DNA of 63,748 nucleotides, the filler included, from Sphaeroforma arctica JP610 (Eukaryota): assembly GCF_001186125.1 (NCBI RefSeq). It is 4 parts of 2 records of this genome, joined end to end, with 100 filler letters (N's around TTAATTAATTAA, not from the genome) between each part and the next. Parts side by side here need not be neighbours in the genome. Positions count along the whole stretch, not along the records: positions 24,703 to 37,883 come from NW_014040538.1; positions 37,984 to 60,229 come from NW_014040538.1; 2 more parts are not named here. One strand, written 5' to 3'. Positions 24,603 to 38,156 of the stretch are shown here, piece after piece. The notes under the pieces are model-generated. The model was given only the letters and a program-made list of their open reading frames with translations, searched no databases and had not been told where the DNA came from. The position numbers were made by a program, and so were the translations under genes. Positions within the stretch are counted from its first letter, which is position 1. Every line of letters begins with the position of its first letter.

Positions 24603-26605
24603 NNNNNNNNNNNNNNNNNNNNNNNNNNNNNNNNNNNNNNNNNNNNTTAATTAATTAANNNNNNNNNNNNNNNNNNNNNNNNNNNNNNNNNNNNNNNNNN
24701 NNTATATATATATAGCTTAGCCTCGCGCGCTCTCCAGAGTGAGCAGTCGCTAGAGAACCCCAGTGTACAAAAGTCCAGAACTAAGGATCGGTTCGGTAGA
24801 CTTGACTAGGAGTCTCAGACTCCCAGGTTTAGCCAACATGCGGGTCGCTAACGGGAGAGATAGAGAGAGAGAAGTTATAGAGAGAGTGGCAACTAGTCTA
24901 GAGAGAGAGAGGGAGGGGGGGGTGGGGGGAGAGAAGAGGCAACCAGTTTCCGGCTCATGGAAGGTTGGAGCAATAAACAACAATGATCCCACGTCTCCAG
25001 TTGTTCACAAATGTACACTTCTTGAATGAAACAAAGCTTTGCACACACACTCGCACATACGTCTGTAACCCAAACCCCTTTCACCCTTCTCATGTTATTC
25101 AGAATCAATCTGTGAGATATGAAGGGTTGTCAATACTTATTTTATATTCTATTAAAAATTATCAGTCATTGTTCCACACATCTTTTTTATTCTCACCTGC
25201 GAGCAAATAAAGCCGAGTTAACTACTGTAGCATTGGGACTAACAGCTTCCCACTCTTACTAGGGCACTGGGTCACATTATTAGATTGTTTACGGAAGGTG
25301 CCATCCTGGTTCGATCGGGGTCCTAGTATGCGTCCTAGGCTTCTAAGTTCCTCTGGCACAGCGCGAAGAGCTGGCCGATTTCCAAGTTGCGGAGCCGCTA
25401 GCTATATACTACAACGCATGCAAATACTTCGAGGTGAGCGAATACATATATCCACCGGGATGAGTAGCATCTGAAGACTGAAGGCTGTTTGCTTCTCCTC
25501 TCACTCTTCGTCCTTTATGGTCAACTATCACATCACGGCAAGTAAGTAGCTGGTCGTCGGCATAAAGTGCCATTGACAAATGATCCAAAACACATATCGA
25601 GGTCCACTAAGAATATGAGCGTCTTCGTGCGCTTCAAAACCAGTATGGGCTTGAGGACACAGAGAATGAATTTGCCAGCTGATAGTTGTTTCTATATATG
25701 AAGAGGCAAATAGCCCGAATCTACAGTAGTTCCAGTACCCACCGGAACCTTGTTGCTATCCTTCACGAGCAAGACAATCAAATGGTAAATTTTTGTTATA
25801 TCCTGGTGGGTGACCTACTTGGCCCGCGCACATGCGCATGCGGACTGACGAGTTTGTAGCGAGCGTTCTCAATCTTTGTTTCTTCGTCTACATATGAATA
25901 CAGTATTATTCTTTCACACCAGTCGAGGGCGCTCGTCAAGCCTCGTGTAATATATATAAGAACGGGCGCCAGGCCACATAGATACCTTACTTGTTCTGTC
26001 TAACATTCTTCACCCACTATTGAAACCTCTGTCATACATATCTTTTCATTTGCATGTGGTTGCTTTGATTATGACAGGAGGTTCAAGCCTTTTTCTCAGA
26101 CTGAAAGTCTACTTAGCTCCCAAAGAACGTGGCAACCCATCCAGCTGTGTAAACACGTGAAAAGGTTGGTCTGAAACGTGCGTGTGGCTGCCACATCGAA
26201 GAATTCTGTTCAGACTGGGAGAGATTGATTCACAGCTTATACACCCAGAGCTGTGGAACATTCTCCTGACCATTGCAATGCCTCTCTCCAACATGACTGG
26301 AAGGCTGATGCTGATTGAGAGCGCTCTAAACTTGAATTTTCGAAAGTGTGGCCACAACGACATAGTTCGGTGGCTATTTTTTTTAACCTAATCCTGGCTA
26401 AATATATAGGAAGAAGCTGTAGAAGCCAACACCTGATACGCTTTTAACATACTCGGCCGCTAGCCTTTGATCGTGTTATGCTCTGAACGTGATGGGGATA
26501 CCAGGTCGTGCGAGTGCGCTATGTGATTAACCAGCAACACGCGTATTGCTATCAAAGTAAGGTGCAGTACCTCGAATGTTTATTAGTGTTTTATGTGGAA
26601 CTCTG

Positions 26606-29600
26606 TCAACCTTCTGCCCCTGCGGAAGGCTCTGTCATACTATCGAATGTAAACGGGAATACCAGGCTTCGTGGGTACATCAGATATTTTGCCATTAAAG
26701 TACGTGTAGCAACTACGATGAAATTCTGTATCTTCTCGACGTTTCGCAGCACGGATTGGTTTTCGTCGCCGAGATTAGCGTCAAAGCTAACATCTACCAG
26801 GGGACTAGGGGTGGAGCAGTTCGTTAAAATGAGTTGAGATACATCTGAATCTTATCATCCAAACAGAGTGGCCTACGAGACTCACTGAAAGATTTGTACA
26901 TGGACAAATATAATTATCAGCTGTACAGGTTCAACGTAAGCACATTCGTATGTAGTAGCGGTTACGCCAAAGATTTTCAGCCATATTTCGCTCGAAATTT
27001 TAAAACGCGGAAATGGCTATAGATACTTCGACATACCTGCTGTGCTTAATGGAATGCAGCAGCGAGATGCGGATGTCCTTGTTTTCACGCACATATGCGA
27101 TAATCTCAGCTGCAGTATACAAAAATTGCACATATGTTCAAGGATTAGAGATGTGCAGTAATCATTGTTCATAAAGCAACTGACACGGCAAGTCAGATTC
27201 ACCAACACATTGAACTTGAATTAGCTCCCGACGAAATGATCGCCCTGCAAATTCAGTGCATGAACAACGGGCCACACAAGCACCGTCGATGTGTAGTGCA
27301 CGGGTGGTTAGTTCGAATGGCAGAGACACAAAAACATTCAGTGCAAGAACAAAGGGCCACACAAGTACCGTCAATGTGTAGTGCGCGGGTGGTTAGTTCG
27401 AATGGCAGAGACACGAAGGCTGGAGACGGAGTGTTCACCTGGACATCAGCCGACACTCGCAGCACAGCACTGCCCTGGTAGGCTACACGCACACGTACCT
27501 GCAAATAGTGTGAAAGCAATTCCAATGTTCAAGGCGTATCGATTTTGATAAGCTCTACATGTACGTGGCTCTGGTAGCAGTGTGACGGTAGTATACATGG
27601 CTCGAGGACTTTGGTTTTCTGGAAGGCTGCACACACATGTGATAGAAATCGGAAGCGGTATAAATGCCTAATGGGTGTCGAGACTCTCAATTTCAACATG
27701 CACACGTATATATATATATTGGAAGAGTACTTAGTATACATGAGAAAGGTACTGATACTCTGATTTGCTGTACTTACATGTCTATGCAAAGTGTAAGGGG
27801 TATATAGCCACGACTGCTGGGTTCTCTACGTGCCAAACACCACGTTTACTGGCGGTAATGCACCAATCATTTTACCAATACATGTAGCGATGTTCCCGTG
27901 AAGTGCTCGTAGTCTGACACACAGAGTTTCATTATTATCTGCCTATACATCACTACCATGTAGACACACTATCTATTCTGACAGGCAGACATGCAACTCC
28001 AATCTAAGTTGTCAGTTAGTAGCTTCACCTACTCACGGGACACGCCCTTCAGATGAGTGTCCACACATGACTTGTCAGTATATACCAGGCACTTTCATAA
28101 AAATCGCATACAGTTGCTCGATGTCTATGAGGCTATTATCTTGGCCATGAAAATGTCTAATCAACTTTTTCGCCGCCATGCCCATATACAACAAGCTACG
28201 TGTATTAAATAAGACAAAGACAAACTATGTGCACTCACAGATATTCACTCGCACACCAGCTTATAAACTCACCTGTATATAATCCACCTTGATTTCAAGG
28301 CACACACAAATAAATGTTCAATCAATTATTGTGCTGACAATCCGAATGACCCTTTTGGATACACTATTTATTTTTAAATCTGTAGTCGGGATTTTAACCG
28401 GCACATAGCTTGGGTCGCTTGAAATGATAATTTATATCGTCACTCAACCAATTTGTACAACAGCACTTGATCTGAATATATACACATAAATCAATTCACA
28501 TTTAAGCCAACAACCCCGCCTGCACACAGTCCAGATCTCTATCAACGGTAATAGCTTGTATATCCATTCAATTGACTATGCACACTAATTTATATATACA
28601 AGTATAAACAAGCATAACAATTACTTCAAGTTCAAATTCTCATCTGCACACATTCCGTGTTGCTTGCACCAGTAGAACTGTACCTATTCACCACAATTTT
28701 ACACAATTACAAATTTAGACAAGTATACACGAACATATCGACTCGATTTGAAGCCAACCTCGCCACCCCCACACAATTTTTGTCGCTTGCAACAGTAGCA
28801 CATATCTATTCACTATATATACACAAACATATCTATTCACCAAATATACACAAATNNNNNNNNNNNNNNNNNNNNATACAAAAACATATCTATTCACCAT
28901 ATATACACAAACATACCTATTCACTTTATATACACAAACATATCTATTCATCATATATACACAAACATATCTATTCACCATATATACACAAACATATCTA
29001 TTCACCATATATACACAAACATATCTAATCACCATATATACAAAATTATATCTATTCACCATATATACACAAACATATATATTCAGAGGCATGCATCAAG
29101 AGATCAACTCGAATTCAGGCCAACATCCCCACCTGCACACAGTCCGGGCCGCTTGCAACGGTAGTGAGGCGCGCAGCGTCTTCGCGATAGTATTGTCTCT
29201 CGTCGAAGTCTTCATTCTCCTGTGAGCAAATATTTCAAGATATTCCGATTAAAAGATCTGTGCACATGATCTGTAACCAACTACCTATTCGACAAATTAG
29301 CTTTAAAGTCAGTCCATCACTGGTCGGTATAGTTTGTAAGTTCCACTATTGATTCGCTTAGATTGTACATTGAACAGCTCCGGCATAGACTAGTGCAACT
29401 GAGATTACCGCAGTTCAGCTATGACAAATGTATAGAATACGTATCGCATTCTTTGTTTGAACCGCAACAAATGTTATGGTGCACATAGGCAAGGCAGTTT
29501 ACCAAACGAACCCGCAAGTGAAGTACACAGATCCCGTATTGTATATGCTCGTGCGAGATATCATAAATTCTCAACATATGTCAATTCAATTAGCCATTTC

Positions 29601-30644
29601 CTAATTGTGCGTGCACACACGTAATTGCAATCTCCCAACGCAAGGAAGTACGAGCATTCCAAATACCCACCAAGCGTTTAAACAAACCACGCAATAGCAA
29701 ACATGAGAAATCTCGAGAATCGCTGGCGACTGTTGCTATATACATGTGCTCAAATGTGAATATAATTACATGTGAGGAACCTACTAGTGCCATTACATAC
29801 AAGAGCGTTAATCTTTACTCAATACCCCGTCAGTGCAAAGATCTGGATTCTTTATCTGCCCACCACCGGTGCAAACCCGAACAACAACAACAATACATGA
29901 TAAATGTGAATATATATAGATGTTTCCAACGTGTACATACACCACATGTGACAAATGAGATATAGCTAACACTGAATGCACCTATGTATGACTAAATCTA
30001 TAATAGAGCCTAAATGCATACGCATACATCAGTACCTTATACCTTGTCCTCATATAGCTCTGGATTGGCCATACCATCGAATGGGTCTGAAATGTCAATC
30101 AGCTCCACAATGGGCGCTCGATCTACAGAAATGCGAAGGGCAAGTGATATTTTTTAATGCCAGGTGAATGTAGTGTAGCTACAGCAGGATATATTGATCT
30201 GTCAACAAGCTGTGCGTGAAATTAAAAAAGATATATGTGTGTACTCTCGATAGTCAATGTTTGTCTACATACACCTATGTATGTGAGTTTAACTTAGAAT
30301 GTGCATGTATACCATCGAGGCTACGAGTATCTTTGTATAGACTATGAGTATATTCTACATAGGCCGTGCGTGTCTTAGGAATAAGCAACACATGCCTGTT
30401 AAATCGGATATATGTGTTCTCACTAACGTTATGCGTGTCGTTGGAACAAGAAATATCTATAGATAATTGCCTCATCAGTCGGCACTTTAATAACATGGGG
30501 AGCGGGATCTCACTCACCTAATGCAGTAAGTGAACACATCCACAATTCAATACAACATTGAATGTGCATGGGGCTACAACAAAATTTATACATACACACA
30601 CACACACACACACTATGTATATATATAGATATATATATAGTATA

Positions 30645-30696
<52 letters not shown>

Positions 30697-31575
30697 ATAT
30701 ATAAATATATAAATATATATTGTATAAAAAGCGGCTCGAATCTTATACGAACGAAAGGACTTGCGCTTCATGGACACTTCTGCACGTGCATGCTCCTTTA
30801 CAATAATTGGTGTTATGCATACGAACATTTTATATTATATATAAACACACAAACGCATATGTATGAATCTGTGTGGTGCAGTAACTATCGGTATACATAC
30901 ACACCCCCTAAATCCAGATCGTGTATGACTACATTGCCGAGCCCCGCGATTCCAGAGGCGGGTAGACTTGTTTTCAGCTTCTCATTTAGAAAATCCTACA
31001 GTTGAAAAGCATTGCAGACAACATGAGAAGCTTGTAAGTATAGTAGTATACAATAGAACACTTCAAAAATTGGTGAATTAACATCTTTAAATTATTATGT
31101 ACCAGCTAATGCACGAAAGGGATCTTTATACGCAAATGTTTTGACATGTGCGACATGCATTTTGAAAAGGTTACATTGCTAGAAACGTTTGTACACCAAA
31201 TCTAGCTGCAATGTTTTTCTTTGTGTCAATTGGAAAACTTCGTACAGTCGTTTGGCCGACGGAATTAACACAACATACACAGATAAAGCTTTTTAAATAA
31301 TTGGAACTACGCAAAATGTATCCATACCAAGTAACGACTACGGGAATTATGCACATAAAAATAAGCGAATACGCGAAAGCATTCAAAATGAACAGATTCA
31401 GCTTCGGCCTTCGACTGTGCATACATAATTTAACAACTAGAAGAGCGCAAATGCGATTACACACAAACTCAAATACAAGCACACACTCACATGTATACAC
31501 ATATATATCTATATATATATATAAGTGTATGCGTGTGTATGTATGTATATATATATATATATATGTGTGTGTATT

Positions 31576-31614
<39 letters not shown>

Positions 31615-31789
31615 ATGTTATCATATATACATATATATATATAATAATATATATATACATAATATATAATAATATATATATATATAATAATATATATAGT
31701 TAATGTGGGACAAGTTAACTTGGATATGGGCAGGTAAAACCTAGTGACCGGGTATAGGCATAATGTGGGATAGCTTATATATATATAAA

Positions 31790-31836
<47 letters not shown>

Positions 31837-32218
31837 ATGTATGTATGTATGTATGTATGCATGCATGTATGTATATATATATATATATATATATATTATG
31901 TTTATTTTATCGTTGTTTACCGGCGCACCTTCGCATAATTCAAAGTTCCTTCACCAGAAACTAATTTGAAAATTGGATTCATTTCACGTCTACAATTGCA
32001 GATAATATGAACGCATGTGTATGATCAAGCCAAATTAAACACATACTGATATAACCTACATATGTGTGCTTTGAACTACATACATACAATCCAAAGTTAC
32101 CATATTCACAGATGAATATGGTACACATAATGTCGTAGACGTTTGTGGTAGTGTAGCATACTTTTGCCAGTTTCGAATGCTCTTTTGTAAGAAGCTCCCA
32201 GTTCAACTCCAGACTCAT
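26606..32218 (-). CDS. MDM12: Mitochondrial distribution and morphology protein 12 (ERMES SMP-domain subunit), 7 exons, 238 aa
   Basis: Phase-consistent exons 32218-32162, 30995-30905, 30122-30043, 29219-29133, 27498-27369, 27109-27037 and 26804-26606. Protein: [10 protein letters not shown]...[20 protein letters not shown]...[31 protein letters not shown]...[19 protein letters not shown]...LMYP, matching Mdm12 motifs. Confidence 0.88.
28797..29085. repeat. 27-bp minisatellite (ACAAACATATCTATTCACCATATATAC) in an MDM12 intron
   Basis: Direct tandem units spanning a small N gap. Confidence 0.9.
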
Positions 32219-32899
32219 ATTGGTGTGTTCTGTGGAGTGTGGTGTTTAGCTCTATTGTCTCCACAGTGTATTGCACTAAATTCTGTCTCTACCCAACCTT
32301 ATGAACATCTATGTAAGCACAATCAGATGTTTGATCCCATAAATATGCGTGTGTGTGTGTGTGTGTGTTTTCTACGTGTGAAAGTGCGTTTCGAGAATAT
32401 AATCTCGTACTAGAATTATATCAGCAACTAGCTTTCAACTAGCTTTCTTCGATGAGAATTTGCTAAGTTCGCATCGTAGACAGAGTGCATCCTCGTGTGT
32501 ACCTGGTATTAGGCTACCTAGTATATACATAAATACAAACGTACATGCATACATACACCATGCACATGCTTTGTGTCTATGAATACATTCAAGATTCTCT
32601 CAGCTTTTTCTCACTTTGTTTTATGCTCTTAAAATGGAAGTACATACATACAGGGTATTATCGTGTAAATATGATGTAGTATGCAGATTCCAAACCCAGA
32701 GAGAACTCAGAGAGAACCCAGCATAGCTTCATGAAGTTATGTATAGTGGGCTTATTATGGCAGCCTAATAAAGAAAAAAATTGAAAACCCTAAAACATAT
32801 TTTTTATATAAATAAATACATACGTACTGTAGCCGTCTATTTCTCAAAAAAAGAAAAAAAAGAACCCAAGCCCGTAGCCTTCTGAAAATAGAACACATG

Positions 32900-35800
32900 C
32901 CTCGTAAATAGGTCAACTAGCTAGGTGATAAATAGTAAATATGGATAGCACATTTGCGCCGAACGGAGGCGATGGTGGGGGTTAGCAGCAAGCCGTGTAT
33001 CATATGCACATCGAAACTCTAAACCTTGATATCGACATAAACTCGTGGTCGACATCGAAGGTAGATCCGGAGTCGTTGTTAAGTCCCACAAATGGGCGAC
33101 ATCGATATCGAGAATGAGTCGTGTTTGAACTTCCAGGTGGTTAGCACTTAGCAATTTCTAGCGGAAAGTGAAGTGTTCTCCGAAACAAAAACCGTGACAT
33201 AATTGGGTTAAATTTCCGGAAGCGTTAGGGATCTGATGAGCGTGGGTTGAGAACAAATCTTCATCGTCTTCTGTGAATTGGTTAGACCTGGGGTGGCCGT
33301 GTAAGGTGCAAATGTGTATTTAATTGGTGTAGGTACAACTTATGCCATATTAAAAACGAACGGCTGCAGTATAGGTACGCAATGCGAAAATGAACTTCTG
33401 GCGTTCATACGCTGTAGTCAGTTGTTGAAAAAGAAGTATGCGAAACAGTGAGGCGATGTTCCCATTAAGAACCAACTCCGAGCGTCCAAAGAGAGGCGAA
33501 TAACCCCTGATCTTCTTGACATGGGCCCGGCCTTTCTTATCAAGGATGATATCCTTGGTATAGTGGAATGCCGAGGGTACATGTTCTTTAGCAAACCTGT
33601 ATGGAGGTTTGATCATTGGCCAATAGAGTACCTGATGGCCGATCACAATCATGGGGCAGTCAATACGGTGGAGAGCGGCCGTTACTTTCTGGGTAAGTTT
33701 AATTTCTTCAATACGGTGGAGGGCCAAAAGATCACGGTCCAATTTGGCTCGTCCAGACGGTGTGGCTTCAGAATCTGTAGTCTCAGCATCCAAAAGTGCC
33801 GTTAAAACGGAGTCAGACGGGTGGGGACAAAGTTTATGTTTGTTGAGCGTGTAAGGTGTAGTGTATTACATTAAACCATGTGACAACGTTATAATATGCT
33901 CCATCTGTGGTGAAGCTTTACAGTGAGCGAGTGAATTAATCATGGTTTGACAGTCTTGAAAAAACTCTCAATGTGGTCAATTCTCTCATGTTCACTAGTG
34001 GTTACATACTGTGCACTTGTTGACAGTCGTTGGCCCTAAATGTACTGGTCCATGACATTATGGCTTCTGGGACGGATCTGTTCGTCACGGAATTGTATCT
34101 GGTACGCCGACGTATGTTCATAAAATCAGCCACATGTACCGGAACAGAGAGACACCATTCCGGACAGTCCCCCTTCCCATATTCGACTGATATCAATATA
34201 TAATCCAAATTGATCTCTTAAAGAATTTTGGATAGGGCGGTTGCGTAGTTGGACCAGACCACGCGTCCAGCCAAGAAAATTGGTCGTACGAATCAAACGA
34301 TTTAAATCGGCTTGAAGAGGGCAGTCGGAACATTCTTAGAAGTATTTGACCTGAATTGGGTTCTGAAAACGGTCAGCCAGTATGTGGCAATTTTTTTTTT
34401 TGGAGTGTCCATATGACCTCCAAAGCCATGGGGGCAGAAACCAGTCATGGGCGGACTGCAGCGGAAAGTGATCCAGCACTGAGTAAACCACGGAGAGGTC
34501 CGTGATCTTAGGCGGAAGAGAGATAGCGTGGTTTCCTGCCATACAGCTGTTGGTAAATAATGTGGAACACCGTGTAGTTCGCCTGTGCGGGTGGGAGGAT
34601 CACGTCGCCGGTGGGTAGGGTGATTATGTCTGACGAGACTACCAGTGGTTCTCTCTCAAGGCCGGCTGCACAAACGAGGTCGTCTATGTCAACGAACACT
34701 TCTTGAAACTCATAAAATAGGGAGAATGTCGAGGGATCAGTCGGTTACAAAGTATTTAAGTTCCGCTATGCATGGTGTGTGACCGATCGTGAGAGGATAT
34801 GTGCTTGGCCGGGATTGTGCGAGGTTCTGAGAGGGCGCGTATGTACTTGAGCTCGTAAAGGCTACCTCACGTAGAGGCAAGGTCAACCCTGAATGGCTGG
34901 CTGGCATTGTCCTCGATCGGAAAACTTGATTTGTTTTCGTCCATCTGGCGAGGCTCGTTAATGAAAGGCGCCAAAGTGGAGAATTCGTCTAGACTTTGTG
35001 TGGTGGTAGGCGGTGGCGAGAAATCTGCGATAGGCAGCCAAACCCCCTTAGTAGGTGGGTCATTAGTCAGCGTGAGAGAAGATAGTGGCTCAGGGCGGAC
35101 CTAGCGCGTAAGTAGGGTATCACACGGGGCCTGATAGTGGAGATCTGTGATATACCAGCGTGGATCGGCGTTGTCCTAGCCAACGGCAGCGATGTAGTGA
35201 GGGTACTGTCGGATACAATAACTAGATTAGGAAAATACATCTACAACTCCTTGGATTATTGCCGTATCAGTGTTTGCCGTCCAAGTCAACGGCAAATAAA
35301 TTGCAGCCGTAGGTGCCACTGCCTGTTGCACTGCTACAATTGACAAATATGATATAAATATTGCTGTCTGCGAAAAACTCAGCGTCATGTTTGCTCTCAA
35401 AGATGTACGACTACCGGAACTATAATTTGTTCAGCCTTTTACTGGAACGGTCATGTGGGAACACAAGCGCCGCGACCGCGGTAGGTGGTGGGAGGTAAAA
35501 GTAGATGCGGTGGTTCATGGGCAACACCAGTGATTTCATGTGGTCGCAGCAATGGGTCATAAAGTCGCGAAAGTATTGAGTGGGCCAGGTATGTTGCGGT
35601 AGTTGATCTTTACTTCATGCATCACTTGTATGTACCGAAAGAACTGGCGGCTTTCTAAGGTATCGTCCTGCGCGTATTTCGAGGGGTTGGTCGTTATATT
35701 CAGGATGAGATTGTGGTCGGTGTAAAGAAGTACCGACAACTGAGCTCGCTGGAGTATGTAGATTCGTAGACTCATTTCTTCACTGAGAACTTGCATCCGC

Positions 35801-36890
35801 TCATGCCTTTACCTGCTGAACTGTAGTTTCGCTTGGATGCTAAGGCCAACAGGAACATAAAAGTGTGGTCCGTTAGTGTATTCAGCAATGCCGACGGATG
35901 ACCTCTACCTCTGCAATACTTGCGGTTGTCGGAGAGATTTGGGGTGTGATGTGGTCAGCTGGGGACGATCTGGTAGCGAGGGGCTGGTGTCCTAGAGCTT
36001 TCGATATCGGCGTCAGTTGTGATTATTTTCGTGTCGGACAGCTGGGGTAGCTAGGTGCTCCAGACCCAGGATCAGTTCGGGTTCTGCGAGGCCTGGAGTT
36101 TGGTGGCTTCCAAGGTTCCATCGGTGACGTACATGTCCTCTATTTTCTCTACTACATAGCGAGGAATGCCAAGACATGTAAGCGGTTTCACGGTTTGGGC
36201 ATATCGGCGTCAGTTGGGATTAATTCCGTGTTGGACAGCTGGGTGGCTAGGTTTTCCAGACCCACGACCAGGCTGGGTTCCACGAGGGCTTGGCGTTTGG
36301 TGGCTTGCAAGGCTCAATCGGTGAGGTACGAGTCGTCTACTTCTCTACCACATAGCGACGGATGCCAAAGACGTGTAAGCGGTTTCACGGGTTTGGCAGG
36401 AGTCGTGCCCTACCACCAGGAGATAATTATCAACAAGGAGATCAGCTCCTTCCTGTCTTTGGGCCTAGTGCCGTGAAGAAACCCTCCAGACACTGCCATG
36501 ATGTCAGTGGTTGGCGATGGAACCTGTGTACATGCTCTCTGTCTGTAGTTTAACCACTATCGTTAAATCGCCGAGGTAGGTCAGTAGGGCGTCAACCATT
36601 TGGAAAGTGACAGTCATAAAATGTTGCATACTTGTATTAAATTATTTTAAATACAGATAAAAACCAATGTGTTTTCTTATTTGATCTTGATATTTTAGGC
36701 TGACCGGAGGCCGTATTTTACAGCCAGCATGATGACAAGGTATTATTCACATAATCCCAGTGGTAGACGGTGGAACCCGTGTACATGCTCCCTGTCTGTA
36801 TTTTAACCACTGTCGTTAACTCGTCAAAGTAGGTCAGTAGGGCGTCAATCATCTGGAAAGTTATAGTCATAAAATGTTACCAAATCCGAA
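32900..36890 (-). mobile_element. Highly decayed gypsy-like pol remnant (RT, RNase H, integrase traces)
   Basis: Degenerate RT motif LLTYLGDLTIV / LLTYFDELTTV (36520-36880, duplicated), RNase H LYTDH...INYRNIPGPLN (35557-35796), and integrase-like fragments at 34000-34700. Confidence 0.6.
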
Positions 36891-36904
36891 CACGCGAAGG
36901 ATAA

Positions 36905-38156
36905 ATATATCTGTCACGTGTTTGATGTCGTGTCAAGATATAATGTATTGTATCCGCTGAAAGATAAATCGACACAAACTGTGGCTGAGTGCATATATAT
37001 GTGCTTCGCAGATTTCGGCTGGCCAGCTATTGTAAGGTTCCGACAACGGTAGTGAGTTTACAGGAGATGTCATGACGACACTGTTACTCGTTGCGGGATC
37101 ATGCCATAAGATGGGTGTACCTTACAAGCCTCAGACACAAGGTGTGAACGAGGTACGACATAGAAAGATGAAGGAGTTCATGCGAACAGCACTACTTGAT
37201 GATGCTGACATATGGCCGTACTCAATCAATTGGGTACAGACACAGATGAACGAATCCCCTGATTCAGTCACTGGTACAACAGCCACTCACTATTCGGAGC
37301 CGTTATAGTGAATTACAGATCCCCTTCAGCAAGGAGTCTCAAGATGATCATGTGTTACCATGGTTAGAGAAGATGCGTCGGACCAGAGATGTGGTCTATC
37401 CTTGCTTAAGGGAGATGAAGGACATCGCTCTCAAGAAGAGACAAAAGCGATGGAATGATACCAAGAAAATAGTCGAGTTTGAGGTAAGCGATATAGTCAA
37501 CATTATGGCTCGCAACTCCGATACAACTGTGCTTACGGCTAAATATATTAAACCATTTATGATCTCTGTGGCCAATAAGAAGAGTGGAACGTTTGAAATT
37601 AACAACGTTGACGGCTCTAGTGCCTTAAATATCGGGTCACATCAAATCCCTACGACAGAGATCATCCTTCGTCGCACACGTGAAGCTACTACATCTCTTA
37701 TGTCTTACGAGTTTAAGAAGATTCTAGAGAAGTACAAACATGAGGATATGACATATGAAAGCCCAACGTAATATAATAACCGAGTAACTTATAACGTCCA
37801 AGTATACTTTGTCTAAGAGAAAATAACATAAGCATTGAGGCCGTTATATGATCGAAACCCTGTAAACTTCGATGGAAACTTTANNNNNNNNNNNNNNNNN
37901 NNNNNNNNNNNNNNNNNNNNNNNNNNNTTAATTAATTAANNNNNNNNNNNNNNNNNNNNNNNNNNNNNNNNNNNNNNNNNNNNCTAACTGACTAAATTGT
38001 ATTTTAGTTTAATATAGTTTGAAACCTAGTAATTTCCATCGAAGTTTACAACCCGTTTCTTTTCTTTTCGCTTGTACAATTCATGTGAGCTTTTTGAGTG
38101 TATGTGCTAATACTACATATAAGCCAACATTGTAATTTTCAAGCTGAGGGGGGGGA
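36905..38156 (+). mobile_element. Integrase and 3' end of a sister lineage of family A, with PPT
   Basis: CHVFDV..RYNVLYPLKDKSTQTVAE..FADFGWP..SDNGSEF..PYKPQTQG..RWNDTKKIVEF; purine tract GAGGGGGGGGA at 38146-38156. Confidence 0.85.
37861..38050. mobile_element. Insertion with 18-bp terminal inverted repeats and a 4-bp TSD; interior lies in an assembly gap
   Basis: ACCC|TGTAAACTTCGATGGAAA...TTTCCATCGAAGTTTACA|ACCC. Confidence 0.6.

Noticed and set aside
24603..24701. TTAATTAATTAA motif inside N runs (also at ~37928 and ~60274)
   Set aside because: Scaffolding spacer with stops in all six frames; not biological.
25300..25325. GGTTCGATC T-loop-like motif
   Set aside because: No cloverleaf can be folded around it.
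30510..31969. YI/IY-rich ORFs
   Set aside because: Translations of (AT)n and (AC)n microsatellites in introns.
34700..35556. Possible MTase in the long RNase H-integrase spacer of the second decayed element
   Set aside because: Manual translation of the part next to RNase H showed no NPPW/DPPY-like motif; too degraded to call.
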